The translations under genes and the position numbers were made by a program. A stretch of 64,000 bases of DNA from Escherichia coli. Lineage in GTDB: Bacteria > Pseudomonadota > Gammaproteobacteria > Enterobacterales > Enterobacteriaceae. The notes under the pieces were generated by a model, which did no database searches, was not told the DNA's origin, and saw only the letters and a program-made list of their open reading frames with translations. Where the stretch lies: NCBI RefSeq assembly GCF_024502345.1, contig NZ_JALDNN010000001.1; one strand, 5' to 3'. Shown one piece after another: positions 1 to 10,699 of the stretch; the stretch's first letter is position 1, and every line of letters begins with the position of its first letter.

Positions 1-464
1 GTCATCGAAACCGACATTTTATCCAGCGGGATCTGGTCGAACAGGACTTTCATATCTTCCACGGTGTCGATAGCGACGCCCGCTTTGCCGACGTCACCCG
101 CCACGCGTGGGTTATCGGAGTCGTAGCCACGGTGGGTGGCAAGGTCAAACGCAACGGAAAGACCTTTTTGCCCGGCGGCCAGGTTACGGCGATAAAAAGC
201 GTTGGACTCTTTTGCTGTTGAAAAACCAGCATACTGACGGATGGTCCACGGTTGGGCGGTATACATAGTGGCACGCGGGCCACGAACGTAGGGCGGCAAA
301 CCAGGAAGGGTACCTGTCACCTCCAGATTATCGAGATCGGCTTCGGTATACAGCGGCTTGATGGCGATCCCTTCCGCGGTTTGCTGAACCAGCGAGTCGA
401 CAGTTTTCTCCCGACGGCTCAATTCCTTGTTGGCAAGCTGTTGCCACTCCTGCTCGTTAGACAT
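1..464 (-). CDS. scpA: methylmalonyl-CoA mutase, N-terminal part only (start codon at 464; gene runs off the window start)
   Basis: Minus-strand frame open to the window edge, so absent from the ORF track; hand translation from ATG (complement of 462-464) gives [63 protein letters not shown]..., the Sbm/ScpA N-terminus. Confidence 0.8.
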   Translation of the reverse strand, partial: MSNEQEWQQLANKELSRREKTVDSLVQQTAEGIAIKPLYTEADLDNLEVTGTLPGLPPYVRGPRATMYTAQPWTIRQYAGFSTAKESNAFYRRNLAAGQKGLSVAFDLATHRGYDSDNPRVAGDVGKAGVAIDTVEDMKVLFDQIPLDKMSVSM

Positions 465-667
465 TATTTGCTCCGTAAAACGCAATCAAAATGAGGGTAT
501 TTGCGATTACGGTGAGCTTTTTACGTGGGTTTGTCGCCAGCAAAAAAAATGCATTCAGACGTCGTTTTTTGCCGCCTGAGATTTGTCTATTTTGTGATGT
601 GATTCAAGGAATACAAAAAGAAGTGAGGATAACGCCTGATATGTGCTATCAGGCATTATTTGATGGA

Positions 668-1561
668 TTAATCCTGACGAAGGACTTTGTGACCATAATC
701 GAGCAACGCATCAGTGACTTTACGCATCATGCGGCTTTCAGGAGCAAAGCGGTGCCAGTAGAGCATCCGGCGTTGAAATAGCCCTGGCGTTAAGTCAATC
801 AGTTCACCGCTGGCTAGTTCTTTCTCGATTTGCAGGTGCGGGATCATACAGCAGGTGGTGCCCTGGCGAGCAAGTTGCACGAACGCTTCTGAAGAATTAA
901 CGATATGGCAGGGCACGCTGCCTGGAGGCAGATCGAAGTTTTGCTGCAAAAAGGCCTGGTGCATATCGTCAAGATGGTCAAAGGCGACCACAGGTGCTTT
1001 CAATAATGCCGAACGCGTTACGCCGTTAGGGAAATATTTTTCGGCAAACGGTTTTGAGCTGACGAACAGATAGTCAAGCGCACCGAGCTTATCGACAAGG
1101 CAACTCGGCAGCGCCTGATGTTGAATACTCACCGCGCCGACCACTTCGCCGCGGCGCAGACGTTCCTGAGTACGGGTTTCATCTTCTACCTGCAAGTTGA
1201 GGCGGATAGGCGAATCAGCCAACACAGGAGCCAGTGCCGGAAGCAACCACGTCGCCAGACTGTCGGCGTTGACCGCCAGTGAAAGCAGCAGCGGAGTCGA
1301 ACCGGTTTGTTCATCGCCCAGCCACTCTTCTTCCAGCAACTCCACCTGGCGCAGCAGTGCCAGCAGTTTTTGCCCTTGTTCCGTCGGGCGCGGCGGTACG
1401 GTACGCACCAACAGCGGCTGCCCGAACATATTTTCCAGTTGCTTAATGCGCTGTGAGACGGCTGATTGTGTAATGCACAGCTTTTGTGCCGCGCGCTCAA
1501 ATCCTCGTTCACGTATCACCGCATCCAGTGCCTGTAATGTTCTGTAGTCCGGGCGTTTCAT
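668..1561 (-). CDS. argP: LysR-family transcriptional regulator ArgP (IciA)
   Basis: ORF 668..1627; N-terminal HTH ([43 protein letters not shown]) and full-length match to ArgP; start set at the internal Met (MKRPDYR) to give ~297 aa. Confidence 0.92.
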
Positions 1562-1943
1562 TGCTGTTGTCTGCTCCTGGTAAATGCTTTTTCCTGCACT
1601 ATGACACAATTTTGTGTCAGGTTGCATATACCGCAGCCGTCGGCGGGTAACATTTGTATCAATGGTTAAACGCGCAGCTTAAAAGATCAGGGATTTGCGC
1701 TATTGCATTTCACTTAGCGACTTCGCGCCCTGGTTATGTTGAATGGCGTGGCGTTATTGCCTCTGTTCGCACCGTGGAGCGGCATACCCAGACCGTTGTA
1801 TGCTTTATTTGCGGGGCGAAAGGGGATGCCCGCCATTGCGCGATATTTTATGGATGAGTTAACCACGCGGCTTGCCAACGGGGTCTGAATCGCTTTTTTT
1901 GTATATAATGCGTGTGAAATTTCATACCACAGGCGAAACGATC

Positions 1944-2603
1944 ATGACGCAGGATGAATTGAAAAAAGCAGTAGGATGGGCGGCACTTCAGTATGTTCAG
2001 CCCGGCACCATTGTTGGTGTAGGTACAGGTTCCACCGCCGCACACTTTATTGACGCGCTCGGTACAATGAAAGGCCAGATTGAAGGGGCCGTTTCCAGTT
2101 CAGATGCTTCCACTGAAAAACTGAAAAGCCTCGGCATTCACGTTTTTGATCTCAACGAAGTCGACAGCCTTGGCATCTACGTTGATGGCGCAGATGAAAT
2201 CAACGGCCACATGCAAATGATCAAAGGCGGCGGCGCGGCGCTGACCCGTGAAAAAATCATTGCTTCGGTTGCAGAAAAATTTATCTGTATTGCAGACGCT
2301 TCCAAGCAGGTTGATATTCTGGGTAAATTCCCGCTGCCAGTAGAAGTTATCCCGATGGCACGTAGTGCAGTGGCGCGCCAGCTGGTGAAACTGGGCGGTC
2401 GTCCGGAATACCGTCAGGGCGTGGTGACCGATAATGGCAACGTGATCCTCGACGTCCACGGCATGGAAATCCTTGACCCGATAGCGATGGAAAACGCCAT
2501 AAATGCGATTCCTGGCGTGGTGACTGTTGGCTTGTTTGCTAACCGTGGCGCGGACGTTGCGCTGATTGGCACACCTGACGGTGTCAAAACCATTGTGAAA
2601 TGA
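1944..2603 (+). CDS. rpiA: ribose-5-phosphate isomerase A
   Basis: ORF 1872..2603; start at MTQDELKK (ATG 1944); ~219 aa with the RpiA GTGSTA motif. Confidence 0.93.
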
Positions 2604-2607
2604 TCTG

Positions 2608-2640
2608 ACGGGGGAACCTCCCCCGTTAAAAAAATTCTCT
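2608..2640 (+). terminator. possible hairpin terminator after rpiA (ACGGGGGAACCTCCCCCGT followed by an A/T run)
   Basis: Perfect 7-bp stem at 2608-2626 directly after the rpiA stop; the downstream tract is A-rich then T-rich, so direction and strength are uncertain. Confidence 0.35.
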
Positions 2641-2857
2641 TCATTAAATTTGGTGACATGTGTCACGCTTTTACCAGGAAATTGTCGATTGCTCTAAATA
2701 AATCCTCTAAACCAGCATATTCAACCAAGAAATACCTTTGCGTGATATTTCCTCAACATCGCGACGCAAACGTTCATATTGCCGCAATATTATTTTTTGA
2801 TATGTTGAAAGGCGGATGCAAATCCGCACACAACATTTCAAAGACAGGATTGGGTAA

Positions 2858-4090
2858 ATGGCAAAGGTATCGCTGGAGAAAGACAAGATTAAGTTTCTGC
2901 TGGTAGAAGGCGTGCACCAAAAGGCGCTGGAAAGCCTTCGTGCAGCAGGTTACACCAACATCGAATTTCACAAAGGCGCGCTGGATGATGAACAATTAAA
3001 AGAATCCATCCGCGATGCCCACTTCATCGGCCTGCGATCCCGTACCCATCTGACTGAAGACGTGATCAACGCCGCAGAAAAACTGGTCGCTATTGGCTGT
3101 TTCTGTATCGGAACAAACCAGGTTGATCTGGATGCGGCGGCAAAGCGCGGGATCCCGGTATTTAACGCACCGTTCTCAAATACGCGCTCTGTTGCGGAGC
3201 TGGTGATTGGCGAACTGCTGCTGCTATTGCGCGGCGTGCCGGAAGCCAATGCTAAAGCGCACCGTGGCGTGTGGAACAAACTGGCGGCGGGTTCTTTTGA
3301 AGCGCGCGGCAAAAAGCTGGGTATCATCGGCTACGGTCATATTGGTACGCAATTGGGCATTCTGGCTGAATCGCTGGGAATGTATGTTTACTTTTATGAT
3401 ATTGAAAACAAACTGCCGCTGGGCAACGCCACTCAGGTACAGCATCTTTCTGACCTGCTGAATATGAGCGATGTGGTGAGTCTGCATGTACCAGAGAATC
3501 CGTCCACCAAAAATATGATGGGCGCGAAAGAGATTTCGCTAATGAAGCCCGGCTCGCTGCTGATTAATGCCTCGCGCGGTACTGTGGTGGATATTCCGGC
3601 GCTGTGTGATGCGCTGGCGAGCAAACATCTGGCGGGGGCGGCAATCGACGTATTCCCGACGGAACCGGCGACCAATAGCGATCCATTTACCTCTCCACTG
3701 TGTGAATTCGACAACGTCCTTCTGACGCCACACATTGGCGGTTCGACTCAGGAAGCGCAGGAGAATATCGGCCTGGAAGTTGCGGGTAAATTGATCAAGT
3801 ATTCTGACAATGGCTCAACGCTCTCTGCGGTGAACTTCCCGGAAGTCTCGCTGCCACTGCATGGTGGTCGTCGTCTGATGCACATCCACGAAAACCGTCC
3901 GGGCGTGCTAACTGCGCTGAACAAAATCTTCGCCGAGCAGGGCGTCAACATCGCCGCGCAATATCTACAAACTTCCGCCCAGATGGGTTATGTAGTTATT
4001 GATATTGAAGCTGACGAAGACGTTGCCGAAAAAGCGCTGCAGGCAATGAAAGCTATTCCGGGTACCATTCGCGCCCGTCTGCTGTACTAA
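2858..4090 (+). CDS. serA: D-3-phosphoglycerate dehydrogenase
   Basis: 410-aa ORF; NAD-binding GIIGYGHIGTQ motif and C-terminal ACT domain; recognised as SerA. Confidence 0.95.
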   Translation: MAKVSLEKDKIKFLLVEGVHQKALESLRAAGYTNIEFHKGALDDEQLKESIRDAHFIGLRSRTHLTEDVINAAEKLVAIGCFCIGTNQVDLDAAAKRGIPVFNAPFSNTRSVAELVIGELLLLLRGVPEANAKAHRGVWNKLAAGSFEARGKKLGIIGYGHIGTQLGILAESLGMYVYFYDIENKLPLGNATQVQHLSDLLNMSDVVSLHVPENPSTKNMMGAKEISLMKPGSLLINASRGTVVDIPALCDALASKHLAGAAIDVFPTEPATNSDPFTSPLCEFDNVLLTPHIGGSTQEAQENIGLEVAGKLIKYSDNGSTLSAVNFPEVSLPLHGGRRLMHIHENRPGVLTALNKIFAEQGVNIAAQYLQTSAQMGYVVIDIEADEDVAEKALQAMKAIPGTIRARLLY

Positions 4091-4111
4091 TTCCCCTTCT
4101 CTGAAAATTAA

Positions 4112-4142
4112 CGGGCAGGTCACTGACTTGCCCGTTTTTTTA
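4112..4142 (+). terminator. rho-independent terminator of serA
   Basis: GC-rich hairpin CGGGCAGGTCACTGACTTGCCCG followed by TTTTTTT, 20 nt after the serA stop. Confidence 0.7.
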
Positions 4143-4271
4143 TCCCTTCTCCACACCGTTGCCGCGTTGCGCATTCTACTTTGCGAGTCTGCTCCAGAAA
4201 ATAAATCAAACTCAGATCAATGCGTTGTGTTTATTTAATGGGGATTTACGATGGCGGGACAGCATGGGGCT

Positions 4272-4410
4272 GTAACGGTAAAGCCCTCACCGAAGCGAGG
4301 GCTTAAAGGAGAAGGGTTATGATGCGACTTGTCATCATACTGATTGTACTGTTACTGATAAGTTTCGGAGCTTATTAACAGTCAGTCTCAGGGGAGGAGT
4401 CATCCTCCCT
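4272..4410 (-). ncRNA. Sib-like antisense RNA (antitoxin), copy 1; boundaries approximate
   Basis: Inferred from Ibs/Sib architecture: on the minus strand the palindrome AGCCCTCGCTTCGGTGAGGGCT followed by TTACCGTT (complement of 4279-4300) looks like the Sib terminator, overlapping the ibs 5' UTR. Confidence 0.4.
4319..4378 (+). CDS. Ibs-family type I toxin peptide (MMRLVIILIVLLLISFGAY, 19 aa)
   Basis: ATGATG start 7 nt after AAGGAG; extremely hydrophobic 19-aa product; position in the serA–fau intergenic region matches the known ibsC/sibC locus. Confidence 0.6.
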   Translation: MMRLVIILIVLLLISFGAY

Positions 4411-4663
4411 TACCCTTACTCACTAAATTAGGTCAAAGAATCAACGATGTCAATCAGGGCGATGCGGGGTGCATCGCCCTGAACCGAACTTTTTGATAGC
4501 CACTTCATCGCCCACGTTTACTGCCGTAATAGATCCTTTTTCCCAAAAATTATCTCTGTTTTGCATGGGGTTTTTCGAGCACGCTCGAAGAAAAGATTTA
4601 AAGGTAGATCAATGCGTTGTGGTTATTTAAAGAGAGCTTACGATAGCTGGGCAGCATGGGGCT

Positions 4664-4802
4664 GTAACGGTAAAGCCCTCACCGAAGCGAGGGCTTGAAG
4701 GAGAAGGGTTATGATGCGACTTGCCATCATACTGATTGTACTGTTACTCATAAGTTTCCCAGCTTATTAACAGTCAGTCACAGGGGAGGAGCAATCCTCC
4801 CT
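4664..4802 (-). ncRNA. Sib-like antisense RNA (antitoxin), copy 2; boundaries approximate
   Basis: Same inferred architecture as copy 1; palindrome at 4671-4692. Confidence 0.35.
4711..4770 (+). CDS. Ibs-family type I toxin peptide, variant (MMRLAIILIVLLLISFPAY, 19 aa)
   Basis: Paralogous 19-codon ORF in repeat copy 2; differs from copy 1 at V5A and G17P. Confidence 0.55.
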   Translation: MMRLAIILIVLLLISFPAY

Positions 4803-4870
4803 TACCCTTACTCACTAAATTAGGTTAAAGAATCAACGATGTCAATCAGGGCGATGCAGGTGTATCGCCC

Positions 4871-5419
4871 TTACCACTCCCAGACTTTCGACGGTGTAAC
4901 CACCGCAGGAAGAGGGATATCCCACTCTTCAACGGGGAGTTTTTCCACCAACTGACAATCATGCGCATAACCCACCGGTTGCGTTTTATAGTGCTGCCAG
5001 TTTTGTAAGGTCCGATCATAAAAACCACCGCCCATTCCCAGGCGCTGACCGTACTCATCAAAGGCGACCAGCGGTGTGATCAGCACGTCTAATCGGGAAA
5101 GGGGTAGCACGTCACGCACATCCAGTTTTGGCTCATGGATTTTCAACCTGTTCATCACCAGTTCGCTTTGCGGATGGTAATTCAGGAACAGCAAATTACC
5201 GGCACTAAAGGGATGCAAAACTGGAAGATATACGCGCTTACCGGCGCGCCAGAGTTGTTCTATGAGTGGCTGGGTGTCGAGTTCGCCATCAAAAGAGAGG
5301 AATACAGCGACCGTATGTGCCATCACCACCGGGGGATAAGTCATCATCCGGGTAGCGGCTTGTTGACCCATTTCCTGCTGTTGTTCCGGCGTTAACGCAC
5401 GACGACGTTGCCGAATCAT
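4871..5419 (-). CDS. fau: 5-formyltetrahydrofolate cyclo-ligase
   Basis: ORF 4871..5617; start set at MIRQRRRALTPEQ (complement of 5417-5419), giving 182 aa, downstream of the 6S RNA 3' end. Confidence 0.88.
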   Translation of the reverse strand: MIRQRRRALTPEQQQEMGQQAATRMMTYPPVVMAHTVAVFLSFDGELDTQPLIEQLWRAGKRVYLPVLHPFSAGNLLFLNYHPQSELVMNRLKIHEPKLDVRDVLPLSRLDVLITPLVAFDEYGQRLGMGGGFYDRTLQNWQHYKTQPVGYAHDCQLVEKLPVEEWDIPLPAVVTPSKVWEW

Positions 5420-5481
5420 TTTGCGGATTTCTTGTCGGGATAATGTCAGTGGGAGTTCTGGTAGTTGCGTCATGGCTGGTG

Positions 5482-5677
5482 CCAGATAAGAAGGGAATCT
5501 CCGAGATGCCGCCGCAGGCTGTAACCCTTGAACCCTTGGTTCAAGGTGAATGTGTCGTCGCAGTTTTAAGGCTTCTCGGACGGACCGAGCATGCTCACCA
5601 ACCGCGGAGCGCCACATTCTTGTGGTATGAAATATCGGCTCAGGGGACTGGCCCGCTTGCGAACATCTCAGAGAAAT
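5482..5677 (-). ncRNA. ssrS: 6S RNA
   Basis: Reverse complement reads AUUUCUCUGAGAUGUUCGCAAGCGGGCCAGUCCCCUGAGCCGAUAUUUCAUACCACAAGAAUGUGGCGCUCC...GGCAUCUCGGAGAUUCCCU, matching 6S RNA; lies between zapA and fau as expected. Confidence 0.9.
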
Positions 5678-5718
5678 TTTGTCTTCACGGTTACTCTACC
5701 ACAGTAAACCGAAAAGTG

Positions 5719-6114
<396 letters not shown>

Positions 6115-6215
6115 CTATAGCTACCCTGATGAGAAGAGACAAGCCCTTTTCTGGTCCACCAGGGCCCAAAGTGGTAGCATATCATGAATATTCCTCCCTT
6201 TGACGACGAATGCTT

Positions 6216-6794
6216 ATGTCTATACAGAACGAAATGCCTGGTTACAACGAAATGAACCAGTATCTGAACCAACAAGGGACGGGTCTGACCCCTGCTGAGA
6301 TGCATGGTTTAATCAGTGGGATGATATGTGGCGGTAACGATGACAGCTCATGGCTACCGCTACTTCACGACCTGACGAACGAAGGCATGGCTTTCGGTCA
6401 TGAGCTGGCACAGGCACTGCGTAAAATGCACTCTGCCACCAGCGATGCCCTGCAGGATGACGGCTTCCTTTTTCAGCTTTATCTGCCTGATGGCGATGAT
6501 GTCAGCGTTTTCGATCGGGCTGATGCATTGGCAGGTTGGGTCAATCACTTCCTGCTTGGTCTTGGCGTTACGCAACCGAAGCTGGATAAAGTGACCGGCG
6601 AAACCGGTGAAGCTATCGACGATCTGCGTAACATTGCGCAACTGGGTTACGACGAAGACGAAGATCAGGAAGAGCTTGAAATGTCGCTTGAAGAGATCAT
6701 CGAATACGTTCGTGTTGCCGCGCTGTTATGCCACGACACCTTTACTCATCCGCAACCGACCGCGCCAGAAGTACAAAAACCGACTCTACACTAA
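6216..6794 (+). CDS. ygfB: UPF0149-family protein YgfB
   Basis: ORF 6210..6794; [21 protein letters not shown]...; start taken at the second ATG (192 aa). Confidence 0.88.
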
Positions 6795-6819
6795 AAACAA
6801 AAAACGTAAGGAGAGTGTT

Positions 6820-8145
6820 ATGAGTGAGATATCCCGGCAAGAGTTTCAGCGTCGCCGTCAGGCCCTGGTGGAGCAAATGCAACCCGGCAGCGCCGCGCTG
6901 ATTTTTGCTGCACCAGAAGTAACACGTAGCGCCGACAGCGAATACCCCTATCGTCAGAACAGTGACTTCTGGTACTTCACCGGCTTTAACGAACCGGAAG
7001 CGGTGCTGGTGCTGATTAAAAGCGATGACACTCATAACCACAGCGTTCTGTTTAACCGCGTTCGCGACCTGACGGCGGAGATCTGGTTTGGCCGTCGCTT
7101 AGGCCAGGATGCCGCGCCAGAGAAACTGGGCGTTGACCGCGCACTGGCATTCAGCGAAATCAATCAGCAACTTTATCAACTACTTAACGGCCTGGATGTG
7201 GTTTACCATGCCCAGGGCGAATATGCATGTGCTGATGAAATCGTGAACAGTGCGCTGGAAAAACTGCGTAAAGGTTCGCGGCAAAATCTCACCGCACCGG
7301 CAACGATGATCGACTGGCGTCCTGTTGTTCATGAAATGCGCCTGTTCAAATCGCCAGAAGAGATTGCCGTACTCCGCCGCGCGGGAGAAATCACCGCCAT
7401 GGCACATACACGGGCGATGGAAAAATGCCGTCCGGGAATGTTCGAGTACCATCTGGAAGGCGAAATTCACCACGAATTTAACCGCCACGGTGCGCGCTAT
7501 CCGTCCTATAACACTATTGTCGGCAGCGGTGAAAACGGCTGCATTCTGCACTACACCGAAAACGAGAGTGAACTGCGCGACGGTGACCTGGTGTTGATTG
7601 ACGCGGGTTGTGAATACAAAGGTTACGCGGGCGATATTACCCGCACCTTCCCGGTCAACGGCAAATTCACCCAGGCCCAGCGTGAAATCTACGACATTGT
7701 GCTGGAGTCTCTCGAAACCAGCCTGCGCCTGTATCGTCCGGGAACTTCCATTCTGGAAGTCACTGGTGAAGTGGTGCGCATCATGGTTAGCGGCCTGGTA
7801 AAACTCGGCATCCTGAAAGGTGATGTTGATGAACTGATCGCTCAGAACGCCCATCGTCCTTTCTTTATGCATGGCCTTAGCCACTGGTTAGGACTGGATG
7901 TCCATGACGTTGGCGTTTATGGTCAGGATCGCTCGCGCATTCTGGAACCGGGCATGGTACTGACCGTAGAGCCTGGTCTGTATATCGCGCCGGATGCGGA
8001 TGTGCCAGAACAATATCGCGGTATCGGCATTCGTATTGAAGACGACATTGTGATTACCGAAACCGGCAACGAAAACCTCACCGCCAGCGTGGTGAAAAAG
8101 CCGGAAGAAATCGAAGCGTTGATGGCTGCTGCGAGAAAGCAATGA
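6820..8145 (+). CDS. pepP: Xaa-Pro aminopeptidase (aminopeptidase P II)
   Basis: ORF 6607..8145; start at MSEISRQEF (ATG 6820, GGAG RBS upstream), 441 aa; M24 metallopeptidase motifs. Confidence 0.93.
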   Translation: MSEISRQEFQRRRQALVEQMQPGSAALIFAAPEVTRSADSEYPYRQNSDFWYFTGFNEPEAVLVLIKSDDTHNHSVLFNRVRDLTAEIWFGRRLGQDAAPEKLGVDRALAFSEINQQLYQLLNGLDVVYHAQGEYACADEIVNSALEKLRKGSRQNLTAPATMIDWRPVVHEMRLFKSPEEIAVLRRAGEITAMAHTRAMEKCRPGMFEYHLEGEIHHEFNRHGARYPSYNTIVGSGENGCILHYTENESELRDGDLVLIDAGCEYKGYAGDITRTFPVNGKFTQAQREIYDIVLESLETSLRLYRPGTSILEVTGEVVRIMVSGLVKLGILKGDVDELIAQNAHRPFFMHGLSHWLGLDVHDVGVYGQDRSRILEPGMVLTVEPGLYIAPDADVPEQYRGIGIRIEDDIVITETGNENLTASVVKKPEEIEALMAAARKQ

Positions 8146-9320
8146 GCGTAATCATCGTCGGTGGCGGCATGGCGGGCGCGACGCTGGCGCTGGCTATTTC
8201 CCGGTTAAGTCACGGGGCGCTGCCGGTACATTTGATTGAAGCGACTGCGCCAGAGTCACATGCTCATCCGGGCTTTGATGGACGAGCGATAGCGCTGGCG
8301 GCGGGTACCTGTCAGCAACTGGCGCGCATCGGCGTCTGGCAATCTCTGGCTGATTGCGCAACCGCCATCACTACCGTGCATGTCAGCGATCGTGGTCATG
8401 CTGGATTCGTCACCCTCGCCGCAGAAGATTACCAACTGGCGGCGCTGGGGCAGGTTGTCGAATTGCATAATGTCGGGCAACGGCTGTTTGCATTGCTGCG
8501 AAAAGCACCTGGCGTAATGCTGCATTGCCCCGATCGCGTAGCTAACGTTGCCCGTACTCAGAGTCACGTTGAAGTGACGCTGGAGAGCGGCGAGATGCTG
8601 ACGGGCCGCGTGCTGATAGCCGCTGATGGCACCCATTCAGCGTTAGCCACCGCGTGCGGCGTTGATTGGCAGCAGGAGCCTTACGAACAACTGGCCGTGA
8701 TTGCCAACGTTGCGACTTCCGTTGCGCACGAAGGCCGCGCTTTTGAACGCTTCACGCAACATGGCCCGCTGGCGATGTTGCCGATGTCTGACGGACGCTG
8801 TTCGCTGGTCTGGTGTCATCCACTGGAACGGCGCGAAGAGGTGCTGTCGTGGAGCGACAAGAAGTTTTGCCGTGAACTCCAGTCGGCCTTTGGCTGGCGA
8901 CTTGGAAAAATTACCCACGCCGGTAAACGCAGTGCTTATCCGCTGGCGTTAACCCGCGCCGCCAGAGCTATTACCCATCGTACCGTGCTGGTGGGCAATG
9001 CGGCGCAAACTCTGCACCCGATTGCCGGGCAAGGGTTTAACCTCGGTATGCGAGATGTCATGAGCCTTGCGGAAACCCTGACTCAGGCGCATGAGCGCGG
9101 AGAAGACATCGGTGATTACGGCATATTGTGCCGCTATCAGCAGCGTCGACAGAGCGATCGCGAAGCAACCATCGGCGTCACGGACAGCCTGGTACATCTT
9201 TTTGCCAACCGTTGGGCACCGCTGGTTGTCGGGCGCAACATCGGACTGATGACGATGGAATTATTCACCCCGGCACGCGATGTGCTGGCGCAGCGCACCC
9301 TCGGTTGGGTGGCGCGTTGA
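8142..9320 (+). CDS. ubiH: 2-octaprenyl-6-methoxyphenol hydroxylase (FAD monooxygenase)
   Basis: 392 aa; N-terminal GGGMAG FAD fold; ATGA overlap with the pepP stop. Confidence 0.93.
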   Translation: MSVIIVGGGMAGATLALAISRLSHGALPVHLIEATAPESHAHPGFDGRAIALAAGTCQQLARIGVWQSLADCATAITTVHVSDRGHAGFVTLAAEDYQLAALGQVVELHNVGQRLFALLRKAPGVMLHCPDRVANVARTQSHVEVTLESGEMLTGRVLIAADGTHSALATACGVDWQQEPYEQLAVIANVATSVAHEGRAFERFTQHGPLAMLPMSDGRCSLVWCHPLERREEVLSWSDKKFCRELQSAFGWRLGKITHAGKRSAYPLALTRAARAITHRTVLVGNAAQTLHPIAGQGFNLGMRDVMSLAETLTQAHERGEDIGDYGILCRYQQRRQSDREATIGVTDSLVHLFANRWAPLVVGRNIGLMTMELFTPARDVLAQRTLGWVAR

Positions 9321-9342
9321 AGGCGGTTTTAAGGAATAAACA

Positions 9343-10545
9343 ATGCAAAGTGTTGATGTAGCCATTGTTGGTGGCGGCATGGTGGGGCTGGCGGTTGCCT
9401 GCGGCTTACAGGGGAGCGGCTTACGCGTTGCCGTACTGGAGCAGCGCGTACCGGAACCTCTGGCGGCGGATGCACCACCACAACTGCGCGTTTCGGCTAT
9501 CAATGCCGCCAGCGAAAAATTACTCACCCGTCTTGGCGTCTGGCAGGACATTCTCTCTCGTAGGGCCAGTTGTTATCACGGTATGGAAGTGTGGGACAAA
9601 GACAGTTTTGGTCACATTTCGTTTGACGATCAAAGCATGGGCTATAGCCATCTTGGGCATATCGTTGAAAACTCAGTGATTCACTACGCGCTGTGGAACA
9701 AAGCGCAGCAGTCGTCAGATATCACTCTGTTGGCCCCCGCAGAATTACAGCAGGTCGCCTGGGGAGAAAATGAAACTTTCCTGACGCTGAAAGATGGCAG
9801 CATGTTAACGGCGCGTCTGGTGATTGGCGCGGACGGTGCTAATTCCTGGTTGCGCAACAAAGCAGATATTCCGCTGACTTTCTGGGATTATCAGCATCAC
9901 GCGCTGGTAGCGACCATTCGCACGGAAGAACCGCATGATGCGGTGGCGCGGCAGGTTTTCCATGGCGAAGGCATTCTGGCCTTTTTACCGCTTAGCGATC
10001 CGCATCTTTGCTCAATTGTCTGGTCACTGTCGCCAGAGGAAGCGCAGCGGATGCAGCAGGCAAGTGAAGATGAATTTAATCGCGCGTTAAATATCGCTTT
10101 TGATAATCGCCTGGGCTTATGCAAGGTTGAGAGCGCGCGTCAGGTGTTCCCACTGACGGGGCGTTATGCGCGCCAGTTTGCCGCGCACCGTCTGGTGCTG
10201 GTGGGCGACGCCGCGCATACCATTCACCCGCTAGCGGGGCAGGGAGTAAATCTCGGCTTTATGGATGCTGCAGAGCTGATTGCTGAACTGAAACGGTTGC
10301 ATCGTCAGGGGAAAGACATCGGGCAGTACATTTACCTGCGCCGGTATGAGCGTAGCCGCAAGCACAGTGCGGCGCTGATGCTGGCTGGTATGCAGGGATT
10401 CCGCGATCTGTTTTCCGGTACCAATCCGGCGAAAAAACTGCTGCGTGATATTGGTTTGAAACTGGCCGACACGCTTCCTGGCGTTAAACCACAACTTATC
10501 CGCCAGGCAATGGGATTAAACGATTTGCCTGAATGGCTGCGCTAA
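9343..10545 (+). CDS. ubiI: 2-octaprenylphenol hydroxylase (VisC)
   Basis: 400 aa; paralogous FAD monooxygenase; VGGGMVG motif. Confidence 0.93.
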   Translation: MQSVDVAIVGGGMVGLAVACGLQGSGLRVAVLEQRVPEPLAADAPPQLRVSAINAASEKLLTRLGVWQDILSRRASCYHGMEVWDKDSFGHISFDDQSMGYSHLGHIVENSVIHYALWNKAQQSSDITLLAPAELQQVAWGENETFLTLKDGSMLTARLVIGADGANSWLRNKADIPLTFWDYQHHALVATIRTEEPHDAVARQVFHGEGILAFLPLSDPHLCSIVWSLSPEEAQRMQQASEDEFNRALNIAFDNRLGLCKVESARQVFPLTGRYARQFAAHRLVLVGDAAHTIHPLAGQGVNLGFMDAAELIAELKRLHRQGKDIGQYIYLRRYERSRKHSAALMLAGMQGFRDLFSGTNPAKKLLRDIGLKLADTLPGVKPQLIRQAMGLNDLPEWLR

Positions 10546-10699
10546 AAATTTCTCTTCTGCTGTTTATTTGATACCCATCACACTTTCATCTCCCGGTTTT
10601 TTCGCCGGGAGATTTTCCTCATTTGAAATAAACTAATTTCACCTCCGTTTTCGCATTATATTTTCTAATGTCATTATTTTTTGATTTAGTGTTTTTTGA

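Larger units (their letters stand above)
4216..4480. repeat. Sib/Ibs (QUAD-type) repeat unit, copy 1
   Basis: About 265 bp that recur at 4609-4870 with roughly 90% identity; contains a 19-codon hydrophobic ORF, an AAGGAG RBS and a palindromic hairpin. Confidence 0.7.
4609..4870. repeat. Sib/Ibs (QUAD-type) repeat unit, copy 2
   Basis: Direct repeat of 4216-4480, about 90% identical, same internal organisation. Confidence 0.7.

Noticed and set aside
50-494. ORFs 50..283 (-) and 252..494 (+) at the window start
   Set aside because: The true gene here is the scpA N-terminus on the minus strand in a different frame, open to the window edge and therefore missing from the ORF track; the listed ORFs are out-of-frame artefacts.
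1562-1627. N-terminal extensions proposed by the ORF track (argP to 1627, fau to 5617, pepP from 6607, gcvT from 10830, uacT to 30298, guaD to 35890, ssnA to 42441, xdhA to 61050)
   Set aside because: The upstream in-frame Met codons add non-conserved residues; the internal starts give the canonical N-termini and protein lengths, so the shorter coordinates were used.
3207-3735. ORFs on both strands embedded within serA
   Set aside because: They are out of frame or antisense to a highly conserved gene; there is no independent support.
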